A stretch of 64,000 nt of DNA, from positions 27,404,001 to 27,468,000 of the forward strand of contig OX597828.1 of assembly GCA_951406725.2 (NCBI GenBank), read 5' to 3'. The translations under genes and the position numbers were made by a program. Below the pieces are notes generated by a model that ran no database searches, was not told where the DNA came from, and worked only from the letters and a program-made list of their open reading frames with translations. The DNA comes from Octopus vulgaris (taxonomy: Eukaryota). Positions 56,908-64,000 of the stretch are shown here, piece after piece (positions within the stretch are counted from its first letter, which is position 1; every line of letters starts with the position of its first letter).

Positions 56908-57533
56908 AAGGTTTCTTTTTCCTTTAACAAGATTAGATTATTTGAGACATGGAACTATCATTGTGTTAGGTGACATGGGTTAAGTAAATTTCAAGAATCC
57001 GTTCTGAATGAAAGTGAATAGATTAACTGTAAAAAATTACAGATTATGTAAGACATTGTTGATATCTTTGTACTTAAATGGGTGAAGAAATTTGGGTCTG
57101 AATAAAGAAGTAGACACTACCATTTCTTTCTCTATATCACTCTCAGTTATGAGGAAAAATTTACTAAAGCACATCATTATATACATATATTTTATATATG
57201 TATATGAATGTTATATAGGGATATTATAAAAATATTTATAAGAATATATTTTTAAGTTTGATCTCAAACATTGTTTGAGACCAAAGCTAAAAATATATTC
57301 TTGTAAAGTATTAACTCATATACAAATTAATTGTCAAATCTAATTAGCCAGGTGATATCTACGGATAGATGTATTTATGTGTGTACAGTATTTACATACT
57401 GTATTTACTTGTGTATAAGTTGCATTTCAGTTTTTTCAGGTAAAATCAAATATAAGATAGTGCAACTTGCACCATATAAATACTGTGTGTGTGTGTAGAT
57501 TGTTTGAAGTGGTGTACAGATTTTATATATATG

Positions 57534-57668
57534 AAGAAAAAGGAGGTTATCAGGATTTGGATAAAAACTATTTATTTAGCACTTTCATCCCTTTTCATTA
57601 TGACTCCCTAAAGGGGACAAAAGTGCTAAAGAGAGAGTTATTCAAATCCTGACTACCTCTTTTTTCTT
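57534..57668. repeat. Imperfect ~60-bp-arm inverted repeat between (TA)n tracts
   Basis: GAGGT..TCAGGATTTG..TTTAGCACTTT..TCCC / GGGA..AAAGTGCTAAA..CAAATCCTGA..ACCTC. Confidence 0.85.
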
Positions 57669-58243
57669 AATATATATATATATATATGTGTGTATATATA
57701 ATTACAAACTTAGATCATTAGGCATCAGACGTGCATATTCACTGGAGTCTGTATAACTCAAAAATTGCTTTAGAGTAGACAAAAGAAAAATTGTTAATTA
57801 GAACAAAATCAGCATCTGGTGTTTTTGTCAATCAACAGACTTCAGCATCATGTCCATTAAATGAATGCCCATCCAACCAGAACTAATTCACTAACATGGC
57901 ACTGTAAACCACCTCATTATGATTGTATCTAATGAAGAAGCCGAAAGCCCAACCCATCCTACATAGTACTTAGCTTAGCAAAGCTATTACATACAATCTA
58001 CTTCTAAGCTCATGGCTTGCATTTGTATGAGTGTATATATTTAAACATACATTTCTGCTAATGTTTATTATTACTTTAGTAACTATTGCATTATGCATAG
58101 TATAATTATAACCATAACTCTATTGATCTATGTATGTGGTCCATTTCTGTTTGTGTGCCCCTTATTTCTTTCTCTGTGTTTGTTTGGGAAGTTGGTGATT
58201 CAAAAAGCACTACTCAGAGTTTCATAGGTGCAAAAACATCTCT

Positions 58244-58862
58244 CTAGATCTTTAGCATTTAGACTAACCATATTCAGCCTAAGTATTCTACCTGTTTTAT
58301 GTTCAAACTGGCGCAGGAGTGGCTGTGTGGTAAGTAGCTTGCTAACCAGCCACATGGTCCCGGGTTCAGTCCCACTGTGTGGCACTTTGGGTAAGTGTCT
58401 TCTGCTATAGCCCCGGGCCGACCGATGCCTTGTGAGTGGATTTGGTAGACGGAAACTGAAAGAAGCCTGTCGTATATATGTATATATATATGTGTGTTTG
58501 TGTGTCTGTGTTTGTCCCCCTAGCATTGCTTGACAACCGATGCTGGTGTGCTTATGTCCCCGTCACTTAGTGGTTCGGCAAAAAGAGACCGATAGAATAA
58601 GTACTGGGCTTACAAAGAATAAGTCCCAGGGTCGATTAAAGGCGGTGCTCCAGCATGGCCACAGTCAAATGACTGAAACAAGTAAAAGAGTAAAAGAGAG
58701 AGTATATCTGGTCTCTCGTTACTACATTACAATGTCATTCTAAAAATAAACAGTCACATCTTGGAAATCTGAAAGCTACAAAGTAAAGTACGAGTAATTC
58801 AAAACAACATGAATACATAAAGCATTACGTTTGATAGATTAATCTGAACTCTTAAACATTAA
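58244..58862 (+). mobile_element. piggyBac-type MITE interrupted by SINE A (58311-58700)
   Basis: MITE 5' part to 58310, resumes at ~58703; near-intact SINE A in between. Confidence 0.75.
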
Positions 58863-59278
58863 GCAACCAGATTCAGATATCTGAAGCATGGCACACATTT
58901 GATCAATTCTACATCTGCTTTTGTGCCTATGAAACTCGAAGTAACAGCACCATTTGGATTGCCAACCGTTTAGCCACAAATATAAACTTTAATTCATTGA
59001 GTACTCTTTTGTTTCCTTTCTACACACACCTTTTTTCCAGCTCCACCTTTAATGTCTGTCCTCCATGCTGGCATGGGTTGGACAGTTTGACAGGATATGA
59101 TAGATCCAAGGAGTGTATTGTCATGAGTCCTATGGCTGGATGCCCTTCCTAACCCACTTACGTCACGTACTGGGAGCTCTGCATAGCACCAGCACTAGTG
59201 AGGTTTCCATGCAACTTGCAAGAGGCCCCTTACAACTGGGTTGGGTTATAGTAAAGAGGAGCATACCATTAAATGTCT

Positions 59279-60445
59279 CCGTGTGTATAATTATAAAGTT
59301 AGTGTTTATTAAGATACATTTCATTTTCAAAATTTAATAGAATCTATACTTAGAGTTTAATTATTTTATGAATGCCTGTTTTATGAATGCCTGTTTTCAA
59401 ACTGATGACCATTCTGATCCTGGCATTTCTGATAATATATACCTCTGGAATTACAAACATTAAGAAACATTTTATTCAATATTTGCGCATATTCTTGGTC
59501 AATGGCTATCCACATTTCATTGCTAGTTTTCTACTGTAAACTTTATTCTTTAAGTATTCCTATAAGGAAATGTCTTGTGGTGTGCAGTCCAGTGAATACA
59601 GAATATATTCTACTGACCCACTTTGTCCAATCCACCAGTTTGACAAAACCTTATCAAAGTTGACCCTTATATACCTATGGTAGTGTGGGGTGGGGGGCAC
59701 TCCATCCTGATAGAAATGAATTGAGACTAGTCTTGAACGCTCAGAAGAACAGATTGCGTTAGGTAATTCAAGTGAATGGGACCAGTTACAGTACCCTAAA
59801 AAACAAATGATCTAATTAAAATATTTGAGGGTAAGCAACACCATAGTGTAATTAACATGATGCTTTTCAATAATATGCAGATTCTCAGGTGCCCAGTAAG
59901 TGCAGTTGAAATGGTTAATTGAGCCCGTTAATTCAAATTAGCCTCATCACTCCAAACAATCTTTGATGTATTCTACACATCTTGGCAAGTACCACTCACA
60001 AAATTCCACTCTCTGCTTCAGATAAACTTCATGGAAAGCATTGACTATTCATGGAATGTAGCATTTCCAATGGTGGCACTTCAAAATCCAAGGACATTTT
60101 GGTCATGAAATTCCTATCTTTTGCTGCAAAGATTTCCTTGAACATTACTAGCACAGTTCAAGTGCCTTTCTTTGTATGTGGGACTCATTGATGTCTGCAG
60201 TTTCTAAAATATTCCTTGTGAACATTATGAACGTCTCCAAACTGCTTCAAACTTATCTCCAATTCAAGTGATGGTAAACTGCAGAAGTGAACCTGTTTAA
60301 AATTCCATCCTAAAATATTTAAATCTCCGTGTGCGTTTCCAAACTTCCAGTTCAAAGTTTAGTCTGGTTTGTTTTATTTCCAGTAGTTTAAATCTAAAAT
60401 GAAATAAAGTTTGTATAAGTTTTTTTTGGGGGGACACACCCCGTA
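59279..60445 (-). mobile_element. Decayed Tc1/mariner DNA transposon
   Basis: Minus-strand pieces IGDKFEA; WKCYIP; RVEFCEWYL; KIVWSDEA; NCTYWAPEN; GTVTG; QDGVPP..HYHR; WIGQSG; YLKNKVY; right end TA-CGGGGTGTGTCCC. Confidence 0.85.
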
Positions 60446-60499
60446 TGTGTATATATATGTGTGTGCATGTGTTTCTATGAATATATATATATATATATA

Positions 60500-60670
60500 G
60501 GGAGAGTTCACAAAAATTAAAAAAGACGAAGACAAGTTGTGTATAAAACAAACATGTTTTAGTATAACACTCAGGGATAGAAAAAGTCTTTTATGTTTCG
60601 AGCTTACACTCTTCTACAGAAAGGGACACAGAAAAAAACAAGGAGAGAAAAAAAATGCATTTAGTGGCTA
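60500..60670 (-). mobile_element. pLTR-like short element, family E (variant hammerhead 60588-60623)
   Basis: CTTT CTGTAGA agagt gtaa gctc GAAA ca TA AAAG; abuts (TA)n. Confidence 0.75.
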
Positions 60671-60788
60671 CCGATCTATCATGGCGACTGCTGGACATAA
60701 GGGTCACACAGGAGTTAAAGGAAAGGCCAGAAAATACAGGAAAGTTTAGAAAGTATAAAAATAATAGTAATGATAATAATAATAGTTT

Positions 60789-60832
<44 letters not shown>

Positions 60833-60834
<2 letters not shown>

Positions 60835-61003
60835 CGCAGGAGTGGCTGTGTGGTAAGTAGCTTGCTAACCAACCACATGGTTCCAGGTTCAGTCCCACTG
60901 CGTGGCATCTTGGGCAAGTGTCTTCTGCTACAGCCCCGGGCCGACCAATGCCTTGTGAGTGGATTTGGTAGACGGAAACTGAAAGAAGCCTGTCGTATAT
61001 ATG

Positions 61004-61034
<31 letters not shown>

Positions 61035-61200
61035 TTGTGTGTCTGTGTTTGACAACCGATGCTGGTGTATTTACGTCCCCGTCACTTAGCAGTTCGGCAA
61101 AAAGAGACTGATAGAATAAGTACTGGGCTTACAAAAAGAATAAGTCCCGGGGTCGAGTTGCTCGACTACAGGCGGTGCTCCAGCATGGCCGCAGTCAAAT
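60833..61200 (+). mobile_element. SINE family A
   Basis: Close match to 58311-58700. Confidence 0.9.
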
Positions 61201-62799
61201 ATATATGGATATATGTGAGTGTGTGTATATATGTTTGTGTTTATGAGTGCGTATGTGTACACTTACTGACAAGACGTGTTTATAGCTCACTGAATCTATC
61301 ATGTCATTGTATTTTCCATGAAACATGTTTAACAAAGTTCATACAAATTACAAATAATTTCATGTTGTGATGTTAAATCTGTAGAATGTGAGTTTAAACG
61401 GAAAAGGGAACACATTTCTAACCCACAGCATAAAGCGGGTATGTGCAAGCTAAGCCCCTATAAACATTTTGTGTACAGAGCAATCTTAGTTTGACAGCTA
61501 TTTCTTTCATCAGTTGGTTTGTGTAGGATAATATGGTTTAGTGGCATCTTGTATAAGACTAGCAGTAAAGTGGCATTATATGTACACCTACACACACACA
61601 CGTGTGTGTGTGGGGGGCGGGGTGTCAGTGCATGCATGTGCAAACAGATAAGAAAAGCTGAAAATGACTACTATTATTATAAAAGAAGTTAAATCTTTGA
61701 AATTTTCAAATTGTAAATTTGTTCAAGTTTGTAGCCACTTGTGAGGAATGTCTCCTTTACATATGTCCACTGGGCAAATGGATTCTACTGTAGTCTTAGG
61801 CTGATCAAAGCCTTGTCAATAGATTTGGTAGACAGAAACTGAAAGAAGCCCGCCATGTGTGTATGTATATAAATATATATGTATATATATTTGTGAAAGT
61901 GTGTGTTTGTGTCTGCATTTTCCCCCCTCCACCACCACTGCTTAACAACTGGTGTTGGTTTATTTACTTCCCCATAATGGTTGCAAAAAGAGACCAGCAA
62001 AATAAGTAGCAGGCTTTAAAAAACAAACGGTTCCTGCAAGTAGAAAATTCTTCAAAGCCCCAGCATCACTGCACTGATAAATGAAACAAGTAAAAGATCA
62101 AAGCTATATACACTTATACATACACAAACATGGCAAGATACTTCAAAGTCACTGTCAAATTCTTCCTTGTAAAAATTGATAAAGACGCACTTTTACTAAA
62201 AAGAATTGAATATTCTTTTGTATGTGTGAGTGTGTGTGTGTATGTGTTGTTAAAAAGGGGTTAACAATCCATAGAAATCAAAGGTTATAGGCAAAAAGTA
62301 AAAATGGAAACATGACAGATATGTGTTTAAAGATTTTTCTTTATTATCAGTTGCGGTGTGAATGTTTGTCTTATAAAATATTGAAAATTCAAAATCAAGG
62401 ATTAGGAAATAAGAAAACATTAAGAAATAATAAAAAAAATTGAGGAATATGGAAAATTGGAAATTAAAACAGTTTGTTCTCATAGTGTCCGTGTATGAAG
62501 GGCATGTTTTTCTTGTATTGTGCCATTTCCTATGATGTTCTTTCTGTTGCATGCTGCCGCCTTTTCTCAACTAAGCTAATATTTCCTTCATCCTTTGAAT
62601 GCGAACTGCATAATCGGTTGACATGTTTCCACGGAACATTGAAAATAAATGTCACACCTTGAATGCCTGTGACAGTTATTTACAACTCGCAAGAATTCTC
62701 ACGACATGATGATACATACACTCACGCACACAATGGTACTCCACCATGGCCACATCCTTAGGGCTCAAACAGGTAAAAGAATACACACACATACATATG

Positions 62800-62838
<39 letters not shown>

Positions 62839-62888
62839 GTGTGTTGGTGTGTTGTATGTGTGTGTGTGTGTGCGTATATATATATATT

Positions 62889-63033
62889 TATTTTTCTCTC
62901 CCTGTTTTTTTCTGCGTTCATTTCTGTGGAAGAGCGTAGGCTCAAAATGATACAGAGTTCTTCATTTCCCAAGCATTAAACTAACACGTTTTTTGTCTAC
63001 TTGTTTGTTATTTTTTGTTTTTTTGTGAATACT

Positions 63034-63036
<3 letters not shown>
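62889..63036 (+). mobile_element. pLTR-like short element, family E, degenerate
   Basis: TTTCTGTGGAAGAGCGTAGGCTC; ends CTCCC(TA)n. Confidence 0.7.
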
Positions 63037-63079
<43 letters not shown>

Positions 63080-63198
63080 GGTATTCACAAAAAAACAATA
63101 TATATATATATATATATATATCATTTGTAGAATACATAAATCCGGAGAAGAAGCACACTCTAAGATGTAGAGCAATATATATTAAAAGTGGAGAAGGC

Positions 63199-63275
63199 CA
63201 GTTTATGTGATTACCTTAGGTTTCCCGTCCATAAAGTGTTTAGCTTTATGACATACCATCAGACCCCAAAACCTG
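63199..63275 (-). ncRNA. Degenerate hammerhead-like motif in a (TA)n-flanked island (63120-63295)
   Basis: CTGATGG, long stem II (CATAAAG/CTTTATG), GAAA, ACC-taa-GGT-A, imperfect stem I. Confidence 0.5.
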
Positions 63276-63294
63276 TTTGCCTAAGATCTCTTAC

Positions 63295-63357
<63 letters not shown>

Positions 63358-63401
63358 GATTCCCTTACAAGGCTTGTGTCAGTTTTGGTATGAAGTACGT
63401 T

Positions 63402-63571
63402 GGCCACTAGACACATTTTCTTCTCTCCTTGTTTTTACTGTGTCCCTTTCTGTAGAAGAGCATAGGCTCGAAACGTAAAAAAAAACTTTTTCTATTCCTG
63501 AGCATTATACTAATACATCTGTTTGTTTTGTACACCACCTGTCTTCGTCTTTTGTTTTTTTCGTAAACTCT

Positions 63572-63574
<3 letters not shown>
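63402..63574 (+). mobile_element. pLTR-like short element, family E (variant hammerhead 63447-63480)
   Basis: TTT CTGTAGA a GAGC atag GCTC GAAA CG TA AAA; ends CTCTCCC(TA)n. Confidence 0.8.
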
Positions 63575-63629
<55 letters not shown>

Positions 63630-63936
63630 GTATGTATATATATGTGTGTGTGTATATGTATGTGTATATGTATCTATCTATATATATATATATTTATATG
63701 TTCAGTAAAATTTAGACTCAGTTGAATATGGTACTTAAGTTAAAGGCACCAGAATTTAGTATGGTATTATCCATATAATTCAAAATGGGGTGATTACAAT
63801 AAAAATAAGCAACAAGGATATCCAGAGGTATGTATATATATATATATATGTATGTGTATATATGTATATATATATATGTATGTGTATATATGTATATATA
63901 TATATGTATGCGTATGTATGTATATATATATATATC

Positions 63937-63986
<50 letters not shown>

Positions 63987-64000
63987 TATATATATACATA
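63575..64000. repeat. (TA)/(TATG) microsatellites
   Basis: Directly visible, with a short unique island at ~63700-63830. Confidence 0.9.

Overview
Eukaryotic, very AT-rich DNA saturated with microsatellites and retroposons. The SINE families look like those of Octopus/coleoid cephalopods (inferred from remembered family sequences, not a search). Almost all ORFs in the supplied track are (TA/TG)n artefacts. The only recognisable host coding sequence is one 147-bp plus-strand exon (50147-50293) resembling WDR4/Trm82; a few weak minus-strand exon candidates lie at 33-43 kb. The rest is a nested TE landscape: a decayed Penelope element (RT + GIY-YIG), R4/Dong, RTE-group, Jockey/CR1-like and HERO-like LINE ends, a Tc1/mariner remnant, four TTAA-bounded piggyBac-type MITEs, several tRNA-derived SINE families and three tandem arrays. 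The most notable signal is about 12 type-I hammerhead-ribozyme-like motifs in short Penelope pLTR-like elements, most abutting (TA)n. Two pairs form head-to-head fold-backs (a ~1-kb-arm inverted repeat and a 156-bp palindrome), and one family carries a shared non-canonical core (CUGU[A/G]GA). All calls are by eye; boundaries of decayed elements are approximate.
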